In this document: positions 27,402 through 41,498 of the stretch, piece by piece
Layout: each line of letters starts with the position of its first letter
How positions within the stretch are numbered: position 1 is the first letter of the stretch
Source: Octopus vulgaris
Taxonomy: Eukaryota
NCBI GenBank assembly: GCA_951406725.2
Contig: OX597817.1
Coordinates: 146,692,001 to 146,756,000 of the forward strand
Length of the DNA stretch: 64,000 nucleotides
Direction: 5' to 3'
The notes under the pieces: model-generated
What the model was told of the DNA's origin: nothing
What the model saw: the letters and a program-made list of their open reading frames with translations, nothing else
The model's database searches: none
Position numbers and translations under genes: made by a program

Positions 27402-27770
27402 GTGGAGGCGCAATGGCCCAGTGGTTAGGGCAGCGGACTCGCGGTTTCGATTCCCAGACCGGGCGTTGTGAGTGTTTATTGAGCGAAAACACATAAAGCT
27501 CCACGAGGCTCCGGCAGGGATGGTGGTGATCCCTGCTGTACTCTTTCACCACAACTTTCTCTCACTCTTACTTCCTGTTTCTGTTGTACCTGTATTTCAA
27601 AGGGCCGACCTTGTCACTCTCTGTGTCACACTGAATATCCCCGAGAACTACGTTAAGGGTACACGTGTCTGTGGAGTGCTCAGCCACTTACACGTTAATT
27701 TCACGAGCAGGCTGTTCCGTTGATCGGATCAACCGGAATCCTCGTCGTCGTAACCGACGGAGTGCTTCCA
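27402..27770 (+). mobile_element. SINE family C, near full length
   Basis: A-box TGGCCCAGTGG, B-box GGTTTCGATTCCC; matches 61679-62037 (-). Confidence 0.9.
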
Positions 27771-27981
27771 TCCACCTATAAGTCCATGTATATTTTTAGT
27801 ATTTATATATTTTTATATCTCTAATATATCAATAAATATATTTCACCCGTATATGTATGTGTTAATCGTAGTCTCCCTGATTTAAAATTTTCCCATTCTA
27901 TTCTCTCTATATATAAATTGACAGAAAGGGATTAAAAAAACCCAAGGCGGTAAATAGATTTCTAACATTTATCAAGAAAAG

Positions 27982-28029
27982 GTCTTACAGCTGTTTCCGA
28001 GATATTTTACATATCTCTTCATTAGAGAC
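27982..28029 (-). ncRNA. Hammerhead motif, core mutated (CTAATGA)
   Basis: Inverted partner of 28175-28222. Confidence 0.6.
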
Positions 28030-28174
28030 ACCACTTATATACACCATTCTACTTGAATAATGGAACTGCAAATACAATATCCTTATGTATCTCACTTCTA
28101 TTTTCATTCTCTTACTTCCCTCTCTATTTCATATCTTCCCAACAATAATTAATACTCAAACATTTTCTCGCCCC

Positions 28175-28222
28175 GTCTCTGATGAAGAGATATGTAAAAT
28201 ATCCCGGAAACAGCTGTAAGAC
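28175..28222 (+). ncRNA. Minimal type I hammerhead ribozyme, canonical core
   Basis: GTCT-CTGATGA-A-GAGATAT-GTAAA-ATATCCC-G-GAAAC-AGCT-GTA-AGAC. Confidence 0.85.
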
Positions 28223-28524
28223 CTTTTCTTGATAAATGTTATGAAGTCTATTTATTGCCTTAGTTTTTTTATCTCATTCTATCAATTTATATATATGCAT
28301 GCTAATACACGACCCACGTTGGACTCCTTATTCGTATCCATTATCGAGCCTGGAGCTTGACCGTGGTCTATCCATAGCACTTAGCTTTTACCCGATACCT
28401 TTTGGGTTTTCCTGACACCAATGCCTTTCATACCCTTGATTTTTTTATATATGATAGATCGGTAGCCACTACACACATTTTTTTCTCTCCTTGTTTCTAT
28501 CCTTATTTTTTTTTCTCTGTGTCC

Positions 28525-28560
28525 CTTTCTGTAGAAGAGCGTAGGCTCGAAACGTAAAAG
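28525..28560 (+). ncRNA. Minimal hammerhead motif (variant core CTGTAGA) in a pLTR-like element ~28300-28646
   Basis: CTTT-CTGTAGA-A-GAGC-GTAG-GCTC-GAAAC-GTA-AAAG; ~85-nt tail then (TA)n; same family as 41463. Confidence 0.7.
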
Positions 28561-28649
28561 ACTTTTTCTATTCCTGAGCGTTATACTAATACATCTGTTT
28601 GTTTTGTACACCACCTGTCTTCGTCTTTTTTTTCGTGAACTCTCCTATA

Positions 28650-28696
<47 letters not shown>

Positions 28697-29278
28697 AGAG
28701 AGCGAGCGAGAGAGAGAGGGAGGAGAGAGAGAGGGAGGAGAGAGAGAGGGAGGAGAGAGAGAGAGAGAGTTAGAGGGTGGGAAAGAGGGATCAGAGAAAG
28801 TTAACATAATTCATAATTAGTACATGATGAGTGTTTTATAACTTTCTTAAAAATATACATTTTTAAATGAAATTTTGCAAAGATAGGCTTTTGATGCGAT
28901 TATGCCGAAAAAAAAATTGAGAAAAATATTGCAAATTTACAAAGGAGAAATTGTCTCATCTAATTTCGTTTGAAGGTGATAAATGATTTTCGTTTGAAAA
29001 TTATTATTTATTTCTTAATTTTGTAGAAGCACCAAGGCGTGTTGTATTCTTGAGCAAAACACTTCATTTTTTGTTGCTCTGCAATCATTTCGACATCTGA
29101 CATGTGGCACACAGTGCACGTGTACATACAACGTTGATTTCATGGAGGAAATGAGCTTATGTACACTACACACATTTGATCACCATAAACAAATCCTCTG
29201 CGTAGGTCGTTCAGCGAAAACCACACATTCACCATTTATACTATATTTCCTGATGTTATCCATGGTTGCAAAAGTATA

Positions 29279-29874
29279 CAGCAGTCCCTCAACTATCACA
29301 GGAGTTACGTTCCAAACCGCCCCGCGATTGGTGAAAATCTACGAAGTAGAACCAGTACTGTACGTAGATATTTAAAAAATTATTTTTATAATTTGTATAT
29401 CTTTATCTCTCTATATATAAAGCTGAAGTTGTCTGTGTGTGACAGGTTTGGTAGCCTTCAACTAACACTATCTCCTCCGAGACTCTGCGGCGCAAGTTGA
29501 CCAAAATTGAGAGTATGATAGAAGAAGGCTTGCTCTTCCTTCCGTAGACGAAAAAATTCAAATCGGACCATATGAACACAAAAAATTATTTACATCAAAA
29601 AGGTGCTTTTTTCTATGAAAATTCCTATTCTTTACGATTTTTTGATTGCTGTGTCGCCATTTCTCGGTGTATTTCAACCAGAAAAATGTTCACTTTAAAG
29701 AGAATAACAAACTACATAATGCAAATCCAATTCTAAAGGGTCGAAACAAACCCGAGCAACGACGGGCGATACTGCTAGTTTTATTATAAAGGCAAAACAA
29801 CACCACGGAGGAATTGACTTAAGCTTCAATAATAAACCGCGATAGGTGAACCGCGATTTGGCGAGGGGTTACTG
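29279..29874. mobile_element. Tigger/pogo-type MITE with TA TSD, containing a Helitron
   Basis: TA|CAGCAGTCCCTC ... GAGGGGTTACTG|TA; subterminal CCGCGAT repeats. Confidence 0.72.
29406..29778 (+). mobile_element. Non-autonomous Helitron, same family as 22717-23109
   Basis: A|TCTCTCTATATATAAAG ... CCCGAGCAACGACGGGCGATACTGCTAG|T. Confidence 0.88.
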
Positions 29875-31167
29875 TACTTCCAAAGCTAGAGTCATATGAA
29901 GGGTAACACTAGTTCTTGTTAATAATAGAAAGATCTTTTATTGAACTTAAGTTACACTTTTTGAAATAAAGATTCTTAAACACTTCACTCTGTAGATTTT
30001 ATTCTTTAAACTACTTAATCTTTAATTCTACTAAATTCTGTTGCTGTCTCACATGATTTTAGATTCCATCAAATTTCATTCCTTGTAATTTTTTCATTCT
30101 TTTTCCATTCCCATTTCTCTATACCCATATTTCACCTTCCGCCCCTGAGATTTGCATTTTTTACATCTCCTTTGACAGAACAGTATTCTATCTGCAGTAG
30201 TTTTCCATTCCAATTTATAGATTCCATTCTTATTTTGATCAAGTGACTTTATTCTTTCTGAGAGTTTATCAAATTCTTCCGCTTTAACTATTTTCCTTTA
30301 ACAAAGATAATCCCCCCACATTTATTTGACTCAAAGACATGCTCCCGTGTCATGATTAGTTTTAGCATTATAATGTCATTTGCTACTTCCAGCTGAGATT
30401 GGTTTTTCCTGGTACAGTTGGAGACATTCAATAAACACTCCGCAGTTCTCTTTGATAATTCGGTCTCCAGGGTGGTCACACCATAGAAACCACTTGTTGC
30501 TTCAAGTAGTATTGTGATAGATGCCCTACCTCAAGCAAAATACAGTGAGAAAATAACTGCAACTGCCCAGAAATCCCCGTGTAATTAATATCCAACTGCT
30601 TATTTGCTTTTCTGTCGGCAAACACTTCTAATCTCGTCCGCTGTTTATCAATCATTTCTTTTATCAAACCCACACCTGCAACTATTTGTCTAGATACACG
30701 TATGATTCAATCATTAAGCACCATAGATATTTTGTTGAATCTTGGTGTTACTTTCTGTTTGTGCGTGTGTGTGTCATGTATCTATCTACCCCAAATTGTA
30801 ATACTATATAAAGTATTTTAGTAAACGATATCACACTTCATGTGGTGAACACGATAGATTTAATAAATCAAGATTAAACCTATGCCAAAGAGAAGCAAAC
30901 ATTGAACGACTCTTAAATCAAACAAATGCAAGGGCTATAATTGTAAATGGTTGCTTCTAATTTAAACGCAAGGCCGGCAAGTTTAAGGGAGCTAGTCGAG
31001 ACTATCAACTCCAGTATTTGACTAGTACTTTCTTTATTCTTTATCGATCCAAGGAGGTTGAAAGGCAAAGCTGACCTCGTCAGGATTTGAACTCATAATA
31101 TAAAGAAGCGGAAAAAATATCGGGAAGCATTTTCTTGACGATCTAAAAAATCTGCTAATCCACTACC

Positions 31168-31399
31168 TATTTCTTTACTACCCACAATGGGCTAAACACA
31201 GAGGGGACAAACAAAGACAGATAAACGGATTAAGTCAATTACATCGACCCAGTGCGTAACTGGTACTTATTTAATATACCCCGAAAGGATGAAAGGCAAA
31301 GTCGACCTCGGCGGAATTTGAACTCAGAACGTAACTGCAGACGAAATACGGCTACGCATTTCACCCGGCGTGCTAACGATTCTGCCAGCTCCTCGCCTT
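31168..31399 (-). mobile_element. Young SINE B inserted into the head of an older SINE B (~30990-31420)
   Basis: TSD-like GCTAATCCACYACC on both sides. Confidence 0.82.
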
Positions 31400-31765
31400 C
31401 CCGCTAATCCACCACCGTAAAAGAATTGCTTCTGATTAAGACACAAAACTAACAATTTTAAGGGGAGAGATGAGTTGGACTACAATGCTTCAAGTACTTG
31501 ACTGGTACTTTATTTTACCGCCTCGTACTTTATTTCATTCCAAATGGATGACCGGTAAAGTTGACCACGGCAGAATTTAAACACAGAATGTAAAGCGCCG
31601 GAAAAATCGGCAACATATTTTCCGCCTTTCTAACAGCTCGCTGCCTTGGCAGCTCATAATAAGGATAATGGTTTCAAACTTTGGCACAAGGCCAGCACTT
31701 TCGTAGGAGTGGGTAAGTCGATTACATCGACCCCGAGTGCTCAGCTAGTTCTTATTTTAACTAAT

Positions 31766-31827
<62 letters not shown>

Positions 31828-31829
<2 letters not shown>

Positions 31830-32258
31830 CCAATACACACTGGTAGAGAAATTAAGGTCAATAGGCCGGATATAGTTGTTAGAGATCATCAAGAAAAAAT
31901 GCTTTCTAATCGATATATCAATACCAACAGATGACAATGTTTCTCTAAAAGAAACGGAGAAACTTTCAAAACACAGAGATCTGGAAACAGAGTCTAAAAA
32001 CAGAAACAATTCCTATCATAGCGGGCGCATTAAGTATGATAAAAAATATTCAAACAAACACGTAACAAAAACACCAGGACTAACAAGCATATATAACATA
32101 CAGAAGATAGCACTACTAGGCACCGCACACATCCTACGTAAAACACTTTCAATACAGTAACAATAAGGGCATCACAACAAACCACAACATACACCCAAGG
32201 CACACAGAGCTGCGCTCGGTAGTGCAGTGAAAGCACGTGATAAAAATAAGACCACTGA
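31828..32258 (+). mobile_element. R4/Dong-clade LINE 3' end (restriction-like endonuclease) within (TAA)n
   Basis: NRPDIV..., CFLIDISIP, EKLSK, QKIALLGTAHILRKTL*; (TAA)n on both sides. Confidence 0.85.
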
Positions 32259-32261
32259 ATG

Positions 32262-32374
<113 letters not shown>

Positions 32375-32403
32375 AATGATGATGATGATGATGATGATGA
32401 TGA

Positions 32404-32965
32404 GCGGTACGAACATGACCCAGAAGGAGTCACCGAGAACAAGAAACATAAGATGCAATGGGATTTTACAATCCAGTGTTACTCCTTAATCGTGGCTCGG
32501 AGACCAGACATTGTTGTCGTAGATAGAGGAATAAAGGAAACTAAGATTATAGATATTGCAATACCGGGGATGCACGTTTAAGTGACACAGAACTGGAAAA
32601 GATTGAAAAATACAGATTACTAAAAGACGAAATTGTAAGAATGTAGACTATGAGGAGAGTGTCTGTCATTCCAGTAGTTATAGGGGTACTCGGAGCGCAA
32701 ACAACCAAGTTCGAGAAATATGTCAGAGAAATCGGAAATGACATGAGAGCAGAGCAAGTCCCACCAAAACCGCTCTGCTGGAGACAGCTAGAATTTTGAG
32801 ATTGGTACTTGGATGTTAAATGCCTCCCACGGTAATTGATAACAAAGTATCAAGGCTTATAACGCGTGGAAAGAGACCCTGTGAGACCTCTGACAGTAGG
32901 CTGCTGCCCGCTCTAACAGAATTTACCAGAAGAAACAAGATCGAACATTCTGAGAAGTAAAGCGA
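32404..32965 (+). mobile_element. Second R4/Dong-clade 3' end within (TGA)n
   Basis: YEHDPEGV, WDFTIQC, RRPDIVVVD, IIDIAIPG, EKIEKY, VIPVVIGVLG; (GAT)n before and after. Confidence 0.83.
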
Positions 32966-33277
32966 TAATGATGATGATGATGATAAGGAGGATGGACTCT
33001 CTCGTTGAAGACGACGTATGAGCGTCCAGCTTTTTTGCCAAACGATCCACACAAATGATTCGTTTATAGTGGTCAAATATATGTGCCGTAAATTAGCTCC
33101 CTCCCTCCATCAAATCGACGTTGCTTTTGACTTAGAGACACGGCCAGTAATTTTTTTGGGGGAAGGCGTTTAATCGATATAATTGACCTCCATTCTTGAT
33201 TGTGACTTCAATTTGTCGACTCAAAGTGGATGAATGGCAATGTCGACCAGGACGGAAATTGAATTCAGAACGTAAAA

Positions 33278-33690
33278 GATCCAGACTATATGACTCAGAA
33301 ACCTGGACGTTATCAAAGAAGCTTGAGAGGCGGTTGGATGGAACTTACACTCGCCTCCTTATGAGAGCTCAAAATCTCTCGTGGAAGCGTCGCCCAACCA
33401 TAGTACAAATATATGGGAAATTACAACCTTTATCATCTCTTGTGAAAGGTAGAAGAGTCCAGTTTGCTGGACATTGTTGTAGAGCTGAAAACGAGGTTAT
33501 TTCTACTCTTCTCCTCTGGAAGCCATTTGCTCGCGATACCAGAGGGCGCACACTCTCCTATCCTGATGTAATCTCCAGGGATACAGGCATCCAGCAACAG
33601 GACCTCCGTAATGCTATGATGGACCGTGAAGTCAGGCGTAACATAGTAAATTCCATTGTCTCGACCACGGTTGAACAATGATGATGATAA
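33278..33690 (+). mobile_element. RTE-clade LINE 3' fragment with (TGA)n tail
   Basis: LYDSETWTL...RLDGTYTRLLMRAQNLSW...RRVQFAGHC; stop at 33681 runs into tgatgatgat. Confidence 0.82.
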
Positions 33691-34231
33691 AAGGTCCAGA
33701 AGAAACACCATAAGGTATCTTTTCCGACGCTTTAACTCTTCAGCTCGCCGCCATGACAATTCAAAAATAATTACAAACATAGAATATCTTCTTGAAATAG
33801 ATTGACCAACCAAAGTCTCAATTAAAATTGGTAACAAGCAATGCCATGAAAGGAAGAATAATCTGATGTTTGGCAGACACAGATACAATTCTGGAAATGT
33901 ATAAAGCACTGGTTGAAATGTTTGCATTTGACTTTTATCCTACGAGTCATTCCGATCGATACGGTTTTGCTAAACTTTAATTAATTTAACCAATTATTCT
34001 TATTTATTTGTAGTTCCTTAATTGCCAATAGTTTGCATTCCATGGCTCTCTTTCAGTAATTTAAAATTCCAATTTTCTTCATAGTTTACTCGTCTTCCGT
34101 TCCTGCATACGTACATGCATAAGACATCCATCCGTCCATCTGTCCATCCGTCCATCCATCCATCCATCCATCCATCCATCCATCCATCCATCCATCCATC
34201 CATCCATCCATCCATCCATACATACATACAT

Positions 34232-34330
<99 letters not shown>

Positions 34331-34334
34331 AATG

Positions 34335-34413
<79 letters not shown>

Positions 34414-34488
34414 TAATAATAATAATAATGAATAATAATAATAATAATAATGATGAATAATAATAATAATAATAATAATAATATGATA

Positions 34489-34543
<55 letters not shown>

Positions 34544-34569
34544 TAAATAATATATGTATGTATGTAAAC

Positions 34570-35850
34570 CTGTACAAACTTAATACGTACTATTACTCGG
34601 AACTGCTTAAAACAGAAATTAAAAAAAACTATAGGATTATCGATAAAAGTGTACTCAAGAAAGCCAACCTTGAGGCCAAGATAATTATGGAGAAGTATAA
34701 CTTACAGATGAAGACAGAACCACTTGATCCTAAGCAACCTCGGTTTATTTTGAAAGATCATAAACAAAATGTTTTTAATAATCCATCCTTAAGACTTATC
34801 TGCCCTTCTAGCTCTGACATCGGTGTACTCAGTAAAAATATTCTAGATAAATATGTTCCTACATTAATTAAAAAATTAAAGCTTAGTTTATGGTCCAATT
34901 CATTCCAAGTCGTTGACTGGTTTAGTTCTTTTACTAATAAGAGGATCACTAAGTTTATCCAGTTTGACATTTCTAGTTTTTATTCCTCCATCAACCCAAT
35001 GGTACTTAATAAGGCACTTTGGTTTGTTCATAACGAAGCTGGTCTCACCAGGGAAGAAATTAATATAGTGCTGGCAGCCAGAAAATCTATCATAAAGTTT
35101 GATAATAAGTTGTGGGTACGTAAAGACACACCCGATGGTTTTGATGTTACAATGGGACGTTCTGATTCAGCACAAATAGCTGATTTAGTCTGTGTGTATA
35201 TATATACTTTTTGATGTGGCAGAACAGTTCCCAAGCATAAATGGAGGTCTATATCGTGATGATTGTTTACTTTACCTTCAAAATGTTTCTGACCAAAAAG
35301 TACAAAAAATTAAGAATAGTTTAAGTTTTTCCGTAGAATGGGCTTAAGCATCGTTTTTGATGATGATGTAACAAAGGCCAACTTTTTAGATATAACACTT
35401 AACTTACACAAGTATATTAGCCAATTCAGTAATCCTTCTAGGGCAATTACTAGGAACTTAGTTAAGAATATTTCATTTAGATTGTCTAAGTTATCTGCTA
35501 ATGTTGACATTTTCAACGATAAGGCCGAATTTTATAACTCTGCCTTACTTAAAGCAGGTTATCAGAGAAAGTTACCTACATTAATTCCATTCAATCTAAT
35601 TCTACCTTTACTAATAGAGACATGAAATCTAGTTGTAAGGATATAAACGATATCAATTTTAATTTACACGCCAACACCAAACAGAGGAAGGGAAATAACC
35701 TTTATTTAAACCCCTTTTTTCATTCTAGAGGTAAATCGATGTCTTTCAAAGATAGTTACAGACTATAGCTTAACTATAGTCTGTCCATAGCACTTACTCA
35801 ACATTACCTGAAACCTTTGGGTCTTCTTGACACCATTACCTCTCATAACC
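34570..35850 (+). mobile_element. Penelope-like element RT fragment (frameshifted, internally deleted) plus downstream pLTR piece
   Basis: LKDHK..NNPSLRLICPS, FIQFDISSFYSSI, FDVTMG.SD.A, GGLYRDD (~35244-35262), ANFLDITLNL, RLSKLS; no GIY-YIG domain seen; possibly Naiad-type (from memory). Confidence 0.85.
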
Positions 35851-35891
<41 letters not shown>

Positions 35892-36000
35892 TACGCGTGA
35901 CTTTGTGGTTAGGGCATTCAGCTTACAATAATAACGCGGTGAGTTCAATTTCCGGTGACGTGTTATGTCCTTGAGCAAGACACTTTACTTTCTCACATCA

Positions 36001-36046
36001 TCTCCGATGAAGGGATATATAAAATATCCCGGAAACAGCTGTAAGA
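36001..36046 (+). ncRNA. Minimal hammerhead motif (CCGATGA core), family of 28175
   Basis: TCT-CCGATGA-A-GGGATAT-ATAAA-ATATCCC-G-GAAAC-AGCT-GTA-AGA; ~60-nt tail to (TA)n. Confidence 0.8.
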
Positions 36047-36114
36047 CCTATTTATGAATGTTCTCAAATCTTCCACAGCCTTGGATTTTTATCTCATTCT
36101 GTTAATTTATATAT

Positions 36115-36148
<34 letters not shown>

Positions 36149-36379
36149 GTATATATGTACACACACACACACACACGCACATATATATATATATATGCAT
36201 ATGTATACATACACATACATATAAAGGATAAAAACGTAAAGCATATATGTATATATGAAATTGTAAGGTGTTGCTCAGGCCCTCAACTCTGAGTCCATCA
36301 CATCTTATAGTGGAAAGAGCTGTAGACTAATGAATTTCCTAAGATTTCTTTGCCATCTCTCTCTCTCCCTCTCTCTCTC

Positions 36380-36412
<33 letters not shown>

Positions 36413-36795
36413 CACACACATACATATATATATGATGTATATATAACTACATGATATGTGTCCTACAGCCAGCCTTCGACTTTTTCTATCCAAATAGATT
36501 TTGACCAATATATACTCGCTATTATTTATAAACTGTAAAAAAAGGTAATCATTTCACGTTCTCTCTCGATGTCTTTAAATTCTGTTGGCGACGTCAGTAG
36601 CTCCTATCTTCTGTCACTATCGTAATTGTTGAGTATATAAACGGAGTTTGGCTGCCTGTTTCTCAGGGACTTGTCAAATTGATATAGACATCTCTGATGA
36701 GAATCCAATAAGTTTCGAATATCGATTAAAGTTGTTCGTCACTTTTTCAATCTACAGAGGAACAGTTCAATTAGCCCTGCTTATAAAGGTACTAG

Positions 36796-36876
<81 letters not shown>

Positions 36877-37134
36877 GGATAAGATCGTTAATTTAAATAT
36901 CGATCTTATCAAGTGGCCAACATCGGAATAAAAACCATCAAAGGTAGTAATTATTATTACAATTATAATTTAGGGTATCTAAGAGATACCGCCACGCTGG
37001 AAATAGCAGCCAAAATCTGACTCTAAAACCACATTAAATGTTCATACAGCACCAAGAGAGAAGACAAAAAGACTAAAATAAACTACCCAAAAGTTACTGG
37101 ATAATTCCAGATACTGGATTTCTGACTTATATAT

Positions 37135-37173
<39 letters not shown>

Positions 37174-37252
37174 CGTATGTGTGTGTGTGTGAGTGTGTGT
37201 ATATATGTGTATATATATATACATACATAGATGCATACATACATATATATAC

Positions 37253-37322
<70 letters not shown>

Positions 37323-37332
37323 CATACATATA

Positions 37333-38430
37333 CAACCGTCTTCCGCGGTTGGATCGCTGCCTTATACAGTGGCATCCGCTCGGTAGTTCGCGTATTTGGT
37401 TATCTATCCAGACCATTCTTTTAGTGTCTCGCCGACCAGGTCGATGTGCTTGTGACGTCGTCCGCGTATGCAGACACCTTCCTCCCGCATCACAGCTCTC
37501 GTGGGATGCTCCTTAACGTCGCCAGTTTCCGCAGTAGTGGGTCAAGAGTCAATACGTACAGAAGCGACTAGAGGGGGCGTCCTTGACGAACCGAACGCAT
37601 GATGTTAAGGAGCATCCCACGAGAGCTGGGATGCGGGAGGAAGGTGTCTGCATACGCGGACGACATCACAAGCGCATCGACCTGGTCGGCGAGACACTAA
37701 AAGAATACGAAACGGTTACGGGAGCAAAAATTAACTGGGAAAATCAGTGGACTTGCAGCTCGGCACCTGGAGAAGTAAGCCCATGCCGTCCAACAGCGTC
37801 TCCATCGTGGGACGCAGAACCAAAGGACCGGTTAAATTGCTCGGAATCTGGCTCGGTCCGGACCTCCAAATGGAGAGGAACTGGGGTGAAATAACGACTA
37901 GGGTGGCCACTCTCACCCAGCAATGGGCCGTGAGGAAGCTATCCCTAAAAGGTCGGGTGGAGGTGGCGAACGCTTACATCACATCTATCATCGATTACTG
38001 TCTGACAGTCATGCTTTGTCCCGATTCTACCATCACCGAACTGGAACGCATACTCTTCTACTTCTTGTGGAAAGGATGCGTTCCGATGGTTAGACAATTC
38101 ATTTGCTGCAACACCCGCTAAATGGAGAGCTAGGCATGCCGTGGTTGATGATGCGCATACACGCGCTGAGACTGCGACATCTCCGGCGCTTCATATACGA
38201 GGTGAACAGGTGTGGTACCCGTTTGTGCGACGCGCTTTCCCGCAGCTCGTCTCCTTGGCCGAACTGCAGTCGTGGATCAAACAGAGACCGAGACTAGGCG
38301 AATGGCACCGCTAGTGTCGCGTTGCCCTGAAGCAACTCTGCCGTCGAGGACCAAACTTGTGCGACTTCATTACAAAGGCGTTCTATAGAGGATTAGTGGA
38401 GGGGAGGTGTGGCGACGTTCTCGGGCAGAA
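37333..38430 (+). mobile_element. Second Tx1-family copy, decayed, with internal inverted duplication
   Basis: Homologous to 4505-5370; FRGWIAALYSGIRSVVRV on +, VRQGRPL..LYVL on - (37416-37600); 37415-37520 inverted relative to 37601-37706. Confidence 0.88.
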
Positions 38431-38431
38431 T

Positions 38432-39443
38432 CACACATACATACATACATACACACCTACATACATACACACATACATACACACACACATACATACACAT
38501 ATACATACACACACATACATACACACATACATACACATACATACACACATACATACACACATACATACATACACGCATACATACGCACATACATATATAC
38601 ACACAAATATACATATATATACACGCATACGTACACGCATACATACACACATACACACATACACATATACACATGCATACATACACACATACCTTCACAC
38701 ATACATATATACATACTTACACACATAGACACATACATACTCACATACATACATACATACATACATACATGCATACATACATACATGCGCACACATACAT
38801 ACATGCATACATACATATGCATATACACACATACATATATACATACACACATACAAACATACACACATGCATACAAACATGCATACATACATAAATACGT
38901 ACATACATACATACACACATACATACGCAAAGACAAACATGCATACATACGTACACACATGCATACATACACGCATACATACATACATACACACATACAT
39001 ACATACATACATACATACATACACACACATACATTCATACATACATACACACATGCACACATACACACAAACATATATGCACATGCATACATAAGTACAT
39101 ACATACATATATTCACTCATACATACACACATACATGCATGCATACATACATACGCACATACTTACACACATACATACATACGCACATACTTACACACAT
39201 ACATACATACTTATACACATACACACATACATACATACTCATACACATATATACATACATACATACGCACATACACATACATACATACGCACATACACAT
39301 ACATACATACTTATACACATAGACACTAACATACATACTTATACACATACATACATACAAACATACATACATACATACATACATACGTACATACACACAT
39401 ACACACATACACACATACATACGTACATACATACATACATACA
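38432..39443. repeat. ~1-kb degenerate (CATA)n/(CA)n tract
   Basis: Direct reading; source of the spurious H/T/Y/I ORFs. Confidence 0.95.
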
Positions 39444-39798
39444 ATTCGCTGTCAAATCATTTACACGTTATTGATTAGTCATTATAAAATTTATTGATAA
39501 GATTAATAAAATAAAACTATTTCTGAGAAAAGAACGACAGATATTTTTATATTTTATAAAGCGAATGAAATGACGTAGTATTTTAGTGTTTATATTTCTG
39601 AAGCACATAAATATATCGCAAGAGAACTAAAATTAGGTTTAATGCGATTGAGATGAGAAGCGAAGCATTTAGAATCCCATAAAATACTAAAAAATATATG
39701 TTGGCTGTTGTTGTCTTCGTTTGATTGATGTTCGAGTTTAATAATATATTGAATAATCGCACGCACACACACATAGACATACGATTATGCAATCTATA

Positions 39799-39852
<54 letters not shown>

Positions 39853-40110
39853 TACATACATACATACATACACACGCACATACACGCATACATACACACA
39901 TACATACACACATACATACAAACATACATACACACATACATACACACATACATACATATATACACACATGTATTTATATATTATCTTAACATCTTGATAT
40001 GACTATGTATGCATATATGTATGCGTGCGTGTGTGTGTCTGTATATATATATATATATATACATATGCATATATCCATATATATATTTATACATACACGT
40101 CTATGTATGC

Positions 40111-40141
<31 letters not shown>

Positions 40142-40169
40142 CATACACGTCTATGTATGCATATATATA

Positions 40170-40259
<90 letters not shown>

Positions 40260-40321
40260 ATATTTATACATACACGTCTATGTATGCATATTATATAGAC
40301 ATATATATATATACAAACATG

Positions 40322-40365
<44 letters not shown>

Positions 40366-40384
40366 GATAGAGAGAGAGAGAGAC

Positions 40385-40426
<42 letters not shown>

Positions 40427-40493
40427 AACATGCATATATATATATGCATGTATATATATATATGCAAGTATATATATATATAGAGAGAGAGGC

Positions 40494-40548
<55 letters not shown>

Positions 40549-41006
40549 GTATGTATATGTATATATGTGTGTGTATGTGTGTATAATATCTGAAATGAAA
40601 TAGATTTAATAAAGAAAATTATGAATTATATTTAAAGTTAGTATGTTATTTTTTTTAATGTTATATACTGAATAAAAATGTAATAGAACAAAGTTCACAT
40701 TAAAAGACGTGTAATTGACGTTATACAAACCGTTTTAGCAGGTTTTCGTTTTTGGAAAATATTTTGTAAATGCAGCAACACTTCAACGACAGATGCATTC
40801 AGAAAGAAATCGATATGTAACGAAAAGCTTTCTCATGTTAAAAAGTAGGAATAAAATTAATGTATTGATTTTGAAAAAAAAAATTACTTTACTATTGACG
40901 GAATTTAATAGTTTAATTGTTTAAATCATTAAGAAATAACTGAACTGATAAATATGAGAGAACTATGTTTTAAGTTTTATGCACTGAAGTTATAGACTGA
41001 TCTGCG

Positions 41007-41123
<117 letters not shown>

Positions 41124-41462
41124 ATTGATTTGAAATTTTGGCGCAAGTTCGGCAATTTCAAGGAAGGGGCTAAATCTATTACATTGGCCTCAGTGGTCAA
41201 CTGGTACTTATCTTATCGACCCCGAGAGAATGAAATGTAAGATCAACATCAGCGGAATTTGAACCCAGACGATAAGCCCGTAAGCATTTTGCCCGGCGTG
41301 CTAACGATTCTGCCAGCTCGCCGCCTTATATACATACATATAGGTTACATTCACGCATATATACATAGTTGGAATTAAAAAACAAAAACAAACAAAATAC
41401 GAAGACAGGTGTATAAACAACAAACAGGTATATTAGTTTAACGCTCGGGATGGTTAGAAAGT

Positions 41463-41498
41463 CTTTTACGTTTCGAGCCTATTCTCTTCAACAGAAAG
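41463..41498 (-). ncRNA. Minimal hammerhead motif (variant core CTGTTGA) in pLTR-like fragment 41370-41505
   Basis: Minus strand CTTT-CTGTTGA-A-GAGA-ATAG-GCTC-GAAAC-GTA-AAAG; tail homologous to 28561-28646. Confidence 0.65.

Larger units (their letters stand above)
26920..27903. mobile_element. Fold-back pLTR-like element with HHR, interrupted by SINE C
   Basis: 26925-27101 is inverted relative to 27773-27903; central hairpin 27349-27401 (GTTTACTCTAGATATG...CATATCTAGAGTAAAC). Confidence 0.75.
27913..28290. mobile_element. Fold-back element, ~115-bp arms, one HHR at the inner end of each arm
   Basis: 27913-28029 inverted relative to 28175-28290; short TA runs at both ends; third copy of the arm at 36001-36110. 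Confidence 0.85.

Noticed and set aside
27402-27465. tRNA-like heads here and at 9962, 13419, 26240-26309, 61970-62037
   Set aside because: Each continues into a multi-copy SINE body and lacks a full cloverleaf; not tRNA genes
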